A stretch of 64,000 nt of DNA from Escherichia coli (GTDB taxonomy: Bacteria; Pseudomonadota; Gammaproteobacteria; Enterobacterales; Enterobacteriaceae): assembly GCF_048403405.1 (NCBI RefSeq), contig NZ_CP183129.1; one strand, 5' to 3'. Positions 44,399-57,819 of this stretch are shown here, in pieces. Made by a program: the position numbers and the translations under genes. The notes below the pieces were generated by a model that saw only the letters and a program-made list of their open reading frames with translations, was not told the origin of the DNA and did not search any database. Each line of letters begins with the position of its first letter. Positions within the stretch are counted from its first letter, which is position 1.

Positions 44399-45253
44399 TC
44401 AGGGTGCAAGCTGTCTGACCCTTTCCCGATATTCTCCCGGAGTACAACCAAACTCGCGGACAAACGCCTTGTGAAAAGATGATTCACTGGCATAGCCTAC
44501 TGACTCAGCGATCACCACAACAGGGAGCATTTCCCGGGAAAACATCTGGGCCGCTATTTGTAGACGCAACTTTGTTAATACAGCTAGCGGCGTGGTTCCG
44601 GAAACATCACGGAAAAGCTGGGCAAAACTTGCCCGGGACATGTGGGCGATGCTGGCCAGCGATTCGACGGTCCAGGCGTGTCCTGGCATTTCCAGCATTT
44701 GCTGTATTACCGCACCAAGACGTGGATGCAGAAGCAAACTGAGAATGTTTTTCTCTGTATTAACCTGTGCAATCCACTCACGCACCGCGAGGGTAAAGAA
44801 TGTAGCGCAGATCTGGCTACACAGAGCATCCACTCCCGGCATTGCCGATCTGGATTCCTGTTGTAAAAACGGGATCGCCTCCCTCAGCCAGTTATATTCC
44901 ACGCTATGGTTCACTGGTGCTACAAACAGCGTTTCCGGCAAAGACGTTAAAAAATAACGCGCCGAATGTTGCAGCCGAAGAGTGCCACAGACAATACAGG
45001 TCGATTCATTATCGACATGACTCAGGCGATGAGCTGAATTTTGTGGTAGCAGGACCACATTTCCCGGGCGTAATGTAAAAATCTCTCCCGTCGGCATTTC
45101 CAGCTTCGCCGCTCCTTGCGTTAACGCATGCCAACGAATAACCGACAATTCCCCGGCACCATGTGGAAGTTGCCAGTCACTTCCTAACACGCAATTCTTA
45201 TCGATCGTTCCTTGTGGAGCGTTAAGCATCAACAAACGGCTAAGAGCATCCAT
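44399..45253 (-). CDS. rclR: AraC-family redox-sensing activator of the rcl operon
   Basis: ORF track 44399..45304 (TTG); ATG at 45251-45253 gives MDALSRLLMLNAPQG..., 284 aa; C-terminal AraC HTH. Confidence 0.85.
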   Translation of the reverse strand: MDALSRLLMLNAPQGTIDKNCVLGSDWQLPHGAGELSVIRWHALTQGAAKLEMPTGEIFTLRPGNVVLLPQNSAHRLSHVDNESTCIVCGTLRLQHSARYFLTSLPETLFVAPVNHSVEYNWLREAIPFLQQESRSAMPGVDALCSQICATFFTLAVREWIAQVNTEKNILSLLLHPRLGAVIQQMLEMPGHAWTVESLASIAHMSRASFAQLFRDVSGTTPLAVLTKLRLQIAAQMFSREMLPVVVIAESVGYASESSFHKAFVREFGCTPGEYRERVRQLAP

Positions 45254-45479
45254 ATCAGACTCCTGAGTAGTTTTTTGATTACAAACACCAACTATCTTAG
45301 TCAATAATTAATCTAATACCATCAAATAGTTAATCATGATTTTTGTTTTGTGATTCTGATTAAGAAAAAGAAAATACCAGACGATAAGACAAAATATCAA
45401 GCGTTGTGAAGAAATGTTATTTGCTCTTTTGCGTCTATAGTCATGATGTCAAATGAACGCGTTTCGACAGGAAATCATC

Positions 45480-46805
45480 ATGAATAAATATCAGGCAGTT
45501 ATTATTGGTTTTGGCAAGGCTGGAAAAACATTAGCCGTCACGCTGGCAAAAGCAGGTTGGCGTGTGGCTCTCATCGAACAATCAAATGCAATGTATGGCG
45601 GGACCTGTATTAATATCGGCTGTATCCCAACCAAAACATTGGTTCATGACGCACAGCAGCACACAGATTTTGTCCGTGCCATACAGCGTAAAAATGAAGT
45701 GGTTAATTTTTTACGTAATAAGAATTTTCATAATCTTGCGGATATGCCCAATATCGACGTGATCGACGGCCAGGCGGAGTTTATCAATAATCATAGCCTG
45801 CGTGTTCATCGGCCTGAGGGAAATCTGGAAATTCATGGCGAGAAAATTTTTATTAATACCGGTGCACAAACCGTGGTTCCGCCAATTCCTGGAATTACCA
45901 CCACGCCAGGAGTATATGACAGCACCGGATTACTTAATCTAAAAGAATTGCCTGGGCATTTAGGTATTTTAGGCGGCGGATATATTGGCGTTGAGTTCGC
46001 CTCTATGTTCGCTAATTTTGGCAGCAAGGTAACCATTTTAGAAGCAGCTTCGCTGTTTTTGCCTCGGGAAGATCGGGATATTGCTGATAATATCGCGACG
46101 ATTTTACGCGATCAGGGCGTCGATATTATCCTCAATGCCCATGTGGAGCGAATCAGTCACCATGAAAATCAAGTGCAAGTGCATAGCGAGCACGCCCAAC
46201 TGGCGGTGGATGCACTGTTAATAGCTTCCGGTCGTCAACCGGCTACCGCTTCGTTACATCCAGAAAATGCCGGTATCGCAGTCAACGAGCGCGGGGCAAT
46301 TGTCGTTGACAAGCGATTACATACCACCGCAGACAATATTTGGGCGATGGGAGATGTTACCGGCGGGCTGCAATTTACTTATATTTCACTGGATGATTAC
46401 CGCATTGTACGTGATGAGTTACTGGGTGAAGGCAAACGTAGTACTGATGATCGGAAAAATGTGCCTTATTCCGTATTTATGACACCGCCCCTGTCCAGGG
46501 TTGGTATGACAGAAGAACAAGCCAGAGAGAGTGGTGCTGATATTCAGGTGGTGACATTGCCTGTAGCTGCAATTCCGCGCGCCAGAGTGATGAACGATAC
46601 CCGTGGGGTATTAAAAGCGATTGTTGATAATAAAACCCAACGTATATTAGGGGCATCACTGCTGTGTGTTGACTCCCACGAGATGATTAATATAGTGAAA
46701 ATGGTGATGGATGCCGGGCTGCCTTATAGCATATTACGCGATCAGATATTTACTCATCCGTCGATGAGCGAATCACTCAATGATCTATTTTCATTAGTCA
46801 AATAA
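45480..46805 (+). CDS. rclA: Flavoprotein disulfide reductase (reactive-chlorine resistance)
   Basis: ATG 45480 gives MNKYQAVIIGFGKAGK (FAD fold), redox-active CINIGC motif; 441 aa. Confidence 0.85.
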   Translation: MNKYQAVIIGFGKAGKTLAVTLAKAGWRVALIEQSNAMYGGTCINIGCIPTKTLVHDAQQHTDFVRAIQRKNEVVNFLRNKNFHNLADMPNIDVIDGQAEFINNHSLRVHRPEGNLEIHGEKIFINTGAQTVVPPIPGITTTPGVYDSTGLLNLKELPGHLGILGGGYIGVEFASMFANFGSKVTILEAASLFLPREDRDIADNIATILRDQGVDIILNAHVERISHHENQVQVHSEHAQLAVDALLIASGRQPATASLHPENAGIAVNERGAIVVDKRLHTTADNIWAMGDVTGGLQFTYISLDDYRIVRDELLGEGKRSTDDRKNVPYSVFMTPPLSRVGMTEEQARESGADIQVVTLPVAAIPRARVMNDTRGVLKAIVDNKTQRILGASLLCVDSHEMINIVKMVMDAGLPYSILRDQIFTHPSMSESLNDLFSLVK

Positions 46806-46913
46806 ACTCAAAATCAGACGCCAGAACAAATATTCTGGCGTCTCAGAGAAAAGAATCTTATTAATTCTCTGTTACTCTATAACTTCTTAATCACTTCATT
46901 GATGGTATTTTAT

Positions 46914-47150
46914 ATGTTTAAAAAATCTGTTTTATTTGCAACACTATTATCTGGCGTTATGGCATTTTCCACCAATGCAGATGATAAAATAATTCTGAAA
47001 CATATCAGCGTCTCGTCAGTATCAGCATCACCGACAGTTCTGGAGGATGCCATTGCTGATATAGCCAGAAAATATAATGCTTCATCCTGGAAAGTCACAT
47101 CGATGCGAATTGATAATAATTCAACCGCAACAGCAGTATTGTATAAATAA
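46914..47150 (+). CDS. rclB: Small periplasmic protein (DUF1471)
   Basis: 78 aa with signal peptide MFKKSVLFATLLSGVMAFSTNA. Confidence 0.8.
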   Translation: MFKKSVLFATLLSGVMAFSTNADDKIILKHISVSSVSASPTVLEDAIADIARKYNASSWKVTSMRIDNNSTATAVLYK

Positions 47151-47161
47151 GGATGTTCACA

Positions 47162-47755
47162 ATGGAAAAATACCTTCACCTGTTAAGTCGGGGAGATAAA
47201 ATTGGCCTGACATTGATTCGTCTGAGTATTGCGATTGTTTTTATGTGGATTGGGTTATTAAAGTTTGTCCCTTACGAGGCAGACAGCATTACACCATTCG
47301 TCGCAAACAGTCCACTAATGTCGTTCTTTTATGAACACCCGGAAGACTATAAACAGTATCTGACTCACGAAGGCGAATACAAACCAGAAGCAAGGGCATG
47401 GCAATCGGCCAATAATACCTATGGTTTTTCCAACGGTCTTGGCGTCGTGGAGGTGATTATTGCTCTGCTGGTTTTGGCTAATCCTGTCAATCGCTGGTTA
47501 GGTTTATTGGGAGGGCTGATGGCATTTACCACACCGTTGGTAACACTCTCATTTTTAATCACCACCCCGGAGGCATGGGTACCCGCATTGGGTGACGCTC
47601 ATCATGGTTTCCCTTATTTATCTGGTGCTGGTCGCCTGGTATTGAAAGATACTCTGATGCTGGCAGGTGCTGTCATGATAATGGCAGATTCGGCGCGGGA
47701 AATTCTTAAACAACGCAGTAATGAATCCAGTTCAACGTTAAAAACTGAATATTGA
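47162..47755 (+). CDS. rclC: DoxX-like inner-membrane protein
   Basis: 197 aa, four hydrophobic segments; 12 bp after rclB. Confidence 0.8.
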   Translation: MEKYLHLLSRGDKIGLTLIRLSIAIVFMWIGLLKFVPYEADSITPFVANSPLMSFFYEHPEDYKQYLTHEGEYKPEARAWQSANNTYGFSNGLGVVEVIIALLVLANPVNRWLGLLGGLMAFTTPLVTLSFLITTPEAWVPALGDAHHGFPYLSGAGRLVLKDTLMLAGAVMIMADSAREILKQRSNESSSTLKTEY

Positions 47756-47788
47756 TAATCCGAACACTGTCTGTTGTTCACTTTTTCA

Positions 47789-47826
47789 GGCGTCAGGCCC
47801 CCTTTCTGATGATGAAGCCTGACGCC
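47789..47826. other. 10 bp inverted repeat between convergent rclC and the aldo-keto reductase gene
   Basis: ggcgtcaggc...gcctgacgcc with 18 nt loop; no canonical U-tract. Confidence 0.4.
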
Positions 47827-47914
47827 ATATTACCGGAGATATGACAGAGTGAAGATCAATATCACTCCCCTGTTAAAAGATCCTTGTCGTCTCAGGTAAA
47901 ATACATGATTAATA

Positions 47915-48784
47915 TCAATCATGTATTTTTACAGCAAGACAACCACGAACAAATTCAGGATTAAAATGTTTTACCGACTCCCCAACATAACCCAAATCAA
48001 GCGAACTAATTTGTGCCATTTCTTTCTCTGTCAGTGAGAAATCCCAGATAGCAAAATTTTCTTCGATACGCTGTTGATGTGTCGATTTCGGAATAACGAC
48101 CACTCCCCGTTGAATATTCCAACGCAGAATGACTTGAGAAATCGATTTTTGATGGGCATCTGCAATACTCTGAAGCAGATTATTTTCAAAGGGTTTATGT
48201 CGTCCACCACCTAACGGAGCCCATGCTTCAGGCTGCACGTTATAATACTTCATGGTTGCCAGCGCCTCTGGTTGGGCAAAATAGGGATGCAACTCGACCT
48301 GGTTGACCATCGGTTTAACTCTTACCGTTTCACAAAAGTTCGCCAGAACATGAGGATAGAAATTGGAAACCCCAATTGCTTTTAATTTGCCCTCTTCATA
48401 GGCATCTTCGAGTGCACGCCACGCACTGAAATAATCGCGCATAGCCTGGTGCAATAAATAGAGGTCGAAGTATTCTAGTCCCGATTTTTTTAATGATGCT
48501 TCAATACCTGCTTTTGCCGTATCCTGATTCAACATATCCTGCACCCACAATTTAGACGTTATAAATAACTCATCTCGGGTACATAAACCTTCAGATATGG
48601 CTTCACGAACGGCTTCACCGACGGCATCTTCATTACCGTATACCGCTGCAGTGTCGATGAGTCGATAACCCGTGCGGATAGCATTCAACACTGACTGTTT
48701 GCACACGTCTTTATCGGTAACCTGAAAAACACCAAATCCCATCATCGGCATTTTCAGATTGTTACTTAATACGTAAAATTCCAC
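47915..48784 (-). CDS. Aldo-keto reductase, DkgA-like
   Basis: ORF track 47915..48799; I favour GTG at 48782-48784 because a GGAGGG SD lies 7 nt upstream and the N-terminus then aligns with the paralog at 54828; AKR motifs (LIDTAAVYGNE, IGVSNF). Confidence 0.8.
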   Translation of the reverse strand: MEFYVLSNNLKMPMMGFGVFQVTDKDVCKQSVLNAIRTGYRLIDTAAVYGNEDAVGEAVREAISEGLCTRDELFITSKLWVQDMLNQDTAKAGIEASLKKSGLEYFDLYLLHQAMRDYFSAWRALEDAYEEGKLKAIGVSNFYPHVLANFCETVRVKPMVNQVELHPYFAQPEALATMKYYNVQPEAWAPLGGGRHKPFENNLLQSIADAHQKSISQVILRWNIQRGVVVIPKSTHQQRIEENFAIWDFSLTEKEMAQISSLDLGYVGESVKHFNPEFVRGCLAVKIHD

Positions 48785-49031
48785 TGTCAGTCCCTCCATT
48801 AGGTATGAACAATGAGTCTACGTTAAAACGTAACCTCAAATTAGTATGTGGATTTTGATATCACTTATGCAAAAAATTCATTAATAATGTAGGACTGAAA
48901 CCTCTCTATTTTTGGGGCAATGAAGCAGACGCTATCAGTGCTTTTGCCTTGGGACTTGCTGTTTTTGATACACTTAAGGCCCAGGACATAACGAAAATGT
49001 GCGATATGACAAAGAATTAACGGAGAATGTG

Positions 49032-49889
49032 ATGATCAGGCAGAAGATTCTACAGCAGCTCCTGGAGTGGATTGAGTGCAATCTTGAGCACCCTATTTCA
49101 ATCGAAGATATCGCACAGAAATCTGGCTACAGCAGACGCAACATCCAGCTTCTGTTCCGAAATTTCATGCATGTGCCTTTGGGAGAATACATTCGCAAAC
49201 GAAGGCTTTGTCGTGCCGCCATTCTTGTCCGACTCACCGCGAAATCTATGCTTGATATTGCACTCTCTTTACATTTTGACTCACAGCAGTCATTCAGCCG
49301 CGAATTTAAAAAGTTATTCGGCTGCTCTCCCCGTGAATACCGCCACCGTGATTATTGGGATCTCGCAAATATCTTCCCTTCTTTTTTAATACGTCAACAG
49401 CAAAAGACGGAGTGTAGATTAGTCAACTTTCCTGAGACACCTATTTTTGGCAATTCATTTAAATATGATATTGAAGTATCGAATAAATCACCGGATGAAG
49501 AAGTCAAACTGCGACGTCATCATTTAGCCAGATGTATGAAGAATTTTAAGACGGATATCTATTTCGTCTCCACATTCGAACCGTCAACAAAATCGGTCGA
49601 TTTGCTCACAGTTGAAACTTTTTCCGGTACGGTATGCAAACAAACCGATTCAGAGATGTCGAAAGAGTGGACAATTAACCGAGGACTGTATGCCTCTTTC
49701 CGCTATGAAGGTGAGTGGGAGCACTACCCTGAATGGGCGCGAAACCTCTATCTGATGGAATTACCTGCCAGGGGGTTAGCCAGAGTGAACGGCAGTGATA
49801 TTGAGCGATTTTATTACAATGAAAACTTCGTCGAAATTGATAGCAATAACATTGTTTGCGAAATTTTTATCCCCGTTCGCCCGGTTTAG
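49032..49889 (+). CDS. ykgA: AraC/XylS-family regulator with C-terminal GyrI-like effector domain (intact)
   Basis: ATG 49032 with GGAG SD 6 nt upstream; N-terminal HTH (IEDIAQKSGYSRRNIQLLF), C-terminal Rob-like domain. Confidence 0.8.
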   Translation: MIRQKILQQLLEWIECNLEHPISIEDIAQKSGYSRRNIQLLFRNFMHVPLGEYIRKRRLCRAAILVRLTAKSMLDIALSLHFDSQQSFSREFKKLFGCSPREYRHRDYWDLANIFPSFLIRQQQKTECRLVNFPETPIFGNSFKYDIEVSNKSPDEEVKLRRHHLARCMKNFKTDIYFVSTFEPSTKSVDLLTVETFSGTVCKQTDSEMSKEWTINRGLYASFRYEGEWEHYPEWARNLYLMELPARGLARVNGSDIERFYYNENFVEIDSNNIVCEIFIPVRPV

Positions 49890-49943
49890 CTGTAGCGATG
49901 TTTACATGAATTTATAACGAGACTACTGTCAGGCAATTCAATA

Positions 49944-49976
49944 AATAATGGCGTTGAAGATGTCAACGCCATTATT
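49944..49976. terminator. Bidirectional rho-independent terminator between convergent ykgA and fdeC
   Basis: Perfect 14 bp stem aataatggcgttga / tcaacgccattatt, 5 nt loop, T-rich flanks on both strands. Confidence 0.75.
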
Positions 49977-50009
49977 GTTTATTAGAATGTTACTTTCATA
50001 TTCTTAATA

Positions 50010-53000
50010 TTACTTCATCGCCTCCTCGCCCTTTGCCGTATCGGCATCCACCGCGGTTATGGTCACCGTCACTGGCTTCATTTCGTACCCGCCATAGGTC
50101 AGGGCGTTAAATGTGAACGTATAGACACCAGGCTTGCTGGTACTAAATGTACGCGTGATTTTTCCGCTCACGAAATGGTCATTTTTCGACGGCAGGAATT
50201 GATAATCCTTCTCCGTCACTCCTTCCGGAGCCTCAATGTCGACCCACACATTCCCCCCAACAGGGTTATTTGCCGAGAACAGGGTAACCTCCAGCTTCGC
50301 AGTCGATTTCCCATCCGCCACCAGCGATTGCACATCAGATGATGCGGTGAGCTCCGCGTTTTTATCATCCGCGACGAATTTAGATTCGGCAGTTTTCGTT
50401 GATACCTGACCGTTGGTCTGACTCACTTGCGCCTTGAGTGTGTATGTCGCCGCAACAGTAGTGGTAGCGGTGAAAATAGCCTGCCCTTGCTCATTCGTTG
50501 TCGCAGTGCCATTCGGTTCCAGGTTTAACGAAGCCGGGCTGGCAGTCAGCGTCACGTCGCTATCTTTCAACAGGTTGTTATTGGCATCAGTCACCGTAAC
50601 TTTATACGTCTGTTTGGCTTTGCCGTCCGCCAGTGCATAGATGCCAATCACCTCAATACTGGAAACGGTTGCGGTAGCCTTATCGGCTACAAACGTTATA
50701 GTCTGCGCATCTGAAGGCTGGTCATTTCCTGCCGACGCCGTGATCTCATAGGTTCCGGCAGTCACGGAAACCACCTGCAACTCTGCTTTCCCCTCATCGT
50801 TGGCTTTCACCCAGACATTATCGCCAGTAAGCGGCTTGACACCCCGGGGCAGATTAAAGGTCACCAGAGTGCCTGGAACAGGGTTACCGTTTTTATCCTC
50901 AACGGTCGCCGTCAGCGTAAAGGCATCTTTGCCGTTTGCCACTTTTTGAACGGCGGTGTCTACCTGCAGGTTTGCCTGACCGGTGCTGGCATCCGCGTTG
51001 AATTTCACCGTGACCGTCTTCTGAGAGTTTTTCACCGCGGCCGCGATTTCAAGTTCCCCTGCAACGGTTGATATCAACTCAATATCCGCTTTACCTGCCG
51101 CATTGGTTGTTACTGTATTCCCCGTCTTGCTAGTCACACCCTGCGGTAAAGTCAGCGTAACTTCTTGCCCCTGCAACGGGTTACCATAGCTGTCCACGAC
51201 GGTCAGGGTTACCTGGTTAGCAGACTGTCCATTTGCCAGTTGGTTATTCACCTTCACCGCCATATCACTGATCACTGCCCGGGAAGCGTCGCCTGCAACA
51301 TTCAGCACCAGTGGCTGAGCAACGGCATTTTGGCCGTTCACTCGCGGCATCACAGACAACTGACCCGCGGCAGATCCCAGCGTTAAGGTCGCCACGTAGA
51401 CCCCATTACCTTTCTCTGTCCAGTTTCCTGCTGAAGGACGCTCACTCCCCGTGCTGGCGGCACCGCTAAACACTGGTGCATCTGGCTTCAGCCCGGTGAC
51501 CGAGTTCCCATACGCATCCTTCACGGTGAAGGTGAGTTCCGTCGTCGTTTTGACGGTCGGAGCCTTATTGTCCGCAACAAGCGTAGAGTTCGCTGATGAC
51601 ATCTCTCCGGCGATGACCGTCAACTGTGCGGCTTCGGTGGCTGCTGGCTGGCCGTTGAAGAGCGGCATGACGCGAAGCTCGCCCGTCTTTCCGCCTGTAG
51701 TCAACGTAGCAACATAGGAACCGTCACCTTTTTCGGTCCAACTGGAAACGGTCGCCCCTTCAGAGGCGGTCCCCGTCAAACTTGCCGACAACGAAAGACC
51801 ACTGATAGCGTTGCCATGTGCATCTTTCGCCACCAACGTCACGGTTGTGCTTTCGCCGGCTTTTACGTGATCTTCCGCGACAGAGACTTTCGACTGGTTT
51901 GAAGATAACGCATCAGCCACCACGGTTACTTTTGCCGCATTTGCTGCCGCATCCTGTCCATTTAGCTTCGGCATAACTTCTAATTCACCCGCCGTAGAGC
52001 CGAGAGTAATCTGCGCAGTCCACGTCCCATCACCATTATTTGTCCAGCCAGATGCCGTAGAACCAACAGCAGCGGCACCCGCTAATGACGGCGCTTCCGG
52101 CGTGAGGCTGGTCACAGGGTTGTCATTGGCATCTTTTGTCGACCAGATTGCCGTAAGCGTACCGCCGACCACCGGTTTATCAGGATTCAGGGTGATGGAC
52201 GAATGTGCTGCATCAAGCGGCCCGGCAACAAACTTCAGCGTTTGTTGTAATGTGCCCAGCTGATACTGCTCGCTGAAGGCGCGCAAAACAACGTTTCCGG
52301 CACGGGTCGAAGAAACCGTGGCGCTGTAAACCCCTGGTTTTATTTCCGAAATGGCACCAACGGTAACACCATTAGTGTCTTGCGGAACAAGTCGCAGGCG
52401 GCTGGCTTCTCCCGTCACCGGATTACCCTCGGAGTCCACCGCAGTCAGCGTCAGCGTGTAGGCTTGCTGACCATCAGCAACCACGTCACCTGACGGCTCG
52501 TTAGCGCTCAGGGTGGAGTTTGCCACATCCATCATCGTGGCCCGCAGTTCTGCAGTGACGGTTTTGCTCATGCCATCAACGCTAACAGTAATCGTTGCCT
52601 CACCTGACTGCGTTCCGGTCGTAAAGACAGACTGATACACCCCTGCTTCAGTTTCGGTGAACTCACCCAGTGTTGGCTTTGCCTGTGATTTAGTGGCCTT
52701 CAGGGAACGAGTCACAATATTTCCAGCCGGTTTGAAGGTTAGTTCAGTCTTGATCTGCTCCTTCATGCCCGTGACTGGCTGGCCCTCGGCGTCGCGCAGA
52801 GACAGCACCAGCGGCTTTTGCTCATTACCGTTAGCAAGCATTTGAATACGGCTCTGACCGTCAAGCGTTAACGCCGTGCGATCGGCGCTCATACCAGCTC
52901 CGGTAATAACCACTTCTGTCTGCACACGTTTCGAGGCATTACCTTTGTTATCGTAGGCAACTGCTGAAATCGCATAATAATTGTCTTTGCCTGGACGGTA

Positions 53001-54263
53001 AGCCGGGAGCGTTACTTGCCACTGACTACCCTGACCGGTAATTTTGCCACCTTCAGCCAGTAATGACGGCGCTTCCCATTGCACATTTTTCAGTCCGTGA
53101 GTTGCTTTGCTGACCACAAGCCCCAGGGAAAGTGTCTGACCGCCCTTGCCTTCAATACGCTCAGGCAGAGCAATACGAATCACTTCAGATTTGCGGTACT
53201 CAAGAACGATGTTGTTATTACGCTCAACCAGGTCATAGCGGCTGCCTGCCAGCATTCGACGCTCGCGAATGCTGTCTGTATCGAGTTGTTTTTCCAGAGG
53301 TTCGCCAATCCGATAATTAACTTCCAGGCCAAAGCGAGTGTCATTCTCACCACTCTTGCCCTGCTTATGCCCGGCACTCAGGGTCAGAAGAGGCACTGGC
53401 GTGTAATTCACTTCAGCGGTAATCGCATGTGGATCTTTCTGGCGTTTATCTTTACCAAACAGCCCGACTTCATCGCCATAATACTGTTCATACATCAGGC
53501 TTGCGCCAAGCTGCGGCCAGGCAGGTAAATAGCCCTCAGCACGAATATCCCAGCCATTCGCCGGGCGTTCCTGATAATCCTCAACATCCGGTGATTTTTT
53601 CCAGCCAGAAGCCCGGATATAACCATTGGCGCTCAGTTTCAAATAATCACGCCAGTATTCCGCACCAACACCAATGCGGGTATGACTACGGGATAAATCA
53701 TGATCGATAAAAGTATTCACCCCCGCCATCCAGTCATTTCCTGAAAAATGACGCCAGCCAAAACCAATATTTGACTGAGTACGATCGTCGGTACGATGTA
53801 TTGCCCCCTGAGTGAACAACATATTTGTCGGCGTATCATAAATAGGATAAAGCATTTCCAGCGAAGAATCCTTCAGCGAGAAATCTTTATCGACATTCAG
53901 TTTGACGCGCGCTGTACCATATTTTCCGAGCCACTCCTGTATTTCCTGGTTAGCTTTAGCGGTGGCTATTCCGGTAATAAAATTACGTGTCGCATCGCTA
54001 TCTGGCTGACTGCTTAAAAATGTCCCGGCATTTGCGGCAAACGACGCGACATTTTTCTCCACGTTATTATCACCAGTTACCGTAGTATTTCCCATGCTCA
54101 ACCGTGGCTGAACCGCATGCTGCGCACGTGCCGCCATTACTGGGGTAAAGGTGACAGCGAGTGGAAAAAGAACCTGAACAGAGATATTTGCCCACGCCAC
54201 GCAGCGGGCCAGAACTGAATAACGAAATCGTGGTTGTTTATGACCTGTTTTATAACGTGACAT
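50010..54263 (-). CDS. fdeC: Intimin/invasin-family inverse autotransporter adhesin with multiple Big (Ig-like) domains, intact
   Basis: 1417 aa; N-terminal signal and beta-barrel-like region followed by many approx. 100 aa Ig-like repeats (recurring ...TAVDSEGNPV.../...TVTDANGNP...-type segments). Confidence 0.85.
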   Translation of the reverse strand: MSRYKTGHKQPRFRYSVLARCVAWANISVQVLFPLAVTFTPVMAARAQHAVQPRLSMGNTTVTGDNNVEKNVASFAANAGTFLSSQPDSDATRNFITGIATAKANQEIQEWLGKYGTARVKLNVDKDFSLKDSSLEMLYPIYDTPTNMLFTQGAIHRTDDRTQSNIGFGWRHFSGNDWMAGVNTFIDHDLSRSHTRIGVGAEYWRDYLKLSANGYIRASGWKKSPDVEDYQERPANGWDIRAEGYLPAWPQLGASLMYEQYYGDEVGLFGKDKRQKDPHAITAEVNYTPVPLLTLSAGHKQGKSGENDTRFGLEVNYRIGEPLEKQLDTDSIRERRMLAGSRYDLVERNNNIVLEYRKSEVIRIALPERIEGKGGQTLSLGLVVSKATHGLKNVQWEAPSLLAEGGKITGQGSQWQVTLPAYRPGKDNYYAISAVAYDNKGNASKRVQTEVVITGAGMSADRTALTLDGQSRIQMLANGNEQKPLVLSLRDAEGQPVTGMKEQIKTELTFKPAGNIVTRSLKATKSQAKPTLGEFTETEAGVYQSVFTTGTQSGEATITVSVDGMSKTVTAELRATMMDVANSTLSANEPSGDVVADGQQAYTLTLTAVDSEGNPVTGEASRLRLVPQDTNGVTVGAISEIKPGVYSATVSSTRAGNVVLRAFSEQYQLGTLQQTLKFVAGPLDAAHSSITLNPDKPVVGGTLTAIWSTKDANDNPVTSLTPEAPSLAGAAAVGSTASGWTNNGDGTWTAQITLGSTAGELEVMPKLNGQDAAANAAKVTVVADALSSNQSKVSVAEDHVKAGESTTVTLVAKDAHGNAISGLSLSASLTGTASEGATVSSWTEKGDGSYVATLTTGGKTGELRVMPLFNGQPAATEAAQLTVIAGEMSSANSTLVADNKAPTVKTTTELTFTVKDAYGNSVTGLKPDAPVFSGAASTGSERPSAGNWTEKGNGVYVATLTLGSAAGQLSVMPRVNGQNAVAQPLVLNVAGDASRAVISDMAVKVNNQLANGQSANQVTLTVVDSYGNPLQGQEVTLTLPQGVTSKTGNTVTTNAAGKADIELISTVAGELEIAAAVKNSQKTVTVKFNADASTGQANLQVDTAVQKVANGKDAFTLTATVEDKNGNPVPGTLVTFNLPRGVKPLTGDNVWVKANDEGKAELQVVSVTAGTYEITASAGNDQPSDAQTITFVADKATATVSSIEVIGIYALADGKAKQTYKVTVTDANNNLLKDSDVTLTASPASLNLEPNGTATTNEQGQAIFTATTTVAATYTLKAQVSQTNGQVSTKTAESKFVADDKNAELTASSDVQSLVADGKSTAKLEVTLFSANNPVGGNVWVDIEAPEGVTEKDYQFLPSKNDHFVSGKITRTFSTSKPGVYTFTFNALTYGGYEMKPVTVTITAVDADTAKGEEAMK

Positions 54264-54539
54264 TGAGATAATTTCCTGATGAACGAATTAACGAACATAG
54301 GCAGACACAAATAGTGGCGTCTGCTTGTCAGAAAAACCGGGAAATCCCCGATTTCCTTTTCCGCAGAAAAGGAAATACCTTTATGTAAGAAAGTACACCG
54401 CCACCTAATATATCCAGTGTCTGTAGCCACTCATCAGGTGGTTGGGCGCGGGATTATATTTTTATTTATGGGTAAAAATTTAGCTTTTTGTGCAAGTTAT
54501 TAAATAGATACCTAAGTTATATTTTTACTCTGCGGACAG

Positions 54540-54568
54540 TGAATAATTCATTATTCAGAGTGAATAAT
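54540..54568. promoter_or_regulatory. Perfect palindrome TGAATAAT-tc-ATTATTCA plus a third TGAATAAT half-site
   Basis: Read directly in the divergent fdeC / AKR intergenic region; binding factor unknown. Confidence 0.4.
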
Positions 54569-54812
54569 AATGGCCTGCCTTTAATTAACAACTATTGGAA
54601 ATACGTCGAAGTAGGTATATACGCCAGGATAAACCGATATATTTTTTATGGATATTCATTTTCCTTTATCGGACTGTAAATTGCGGGGATATCGAACTTG
54701 CACTACTCATCGCAACACTCAAACAGATTTATGAATTTCGTTCATAACCCCTGACAAATCCTGCCGTCTAATCGAGCTCTTCTCTTTACGTTATGCTTCT
54801 CATGAACGATAA

Positions 54813-57679
<2,867 letters not shown>

Positions 57680-57819
57680 CTATTATTTTAACCACATTAT
57701 TAGTAACAATGATAATCTGGCTGTATCGAAAATAATTCTAAACTTTCAGGAGATTTATTATGAATAAACGTATCCTCACGATTGCGCCATTCTTCTTACC
57801 GATATTCTGACACACATCA

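Noticed and set aside
50010-54263. Periodic repeats within the large minus-strand gene, considered as a possible CRISPR array or tandem DNA repeat
   Set aside because: The repeats are in-frame and encode Ig-like (Big) domains of an adhesin; they are long, divergent and lack the short identical repeat/spacer pattern of CRISPR.
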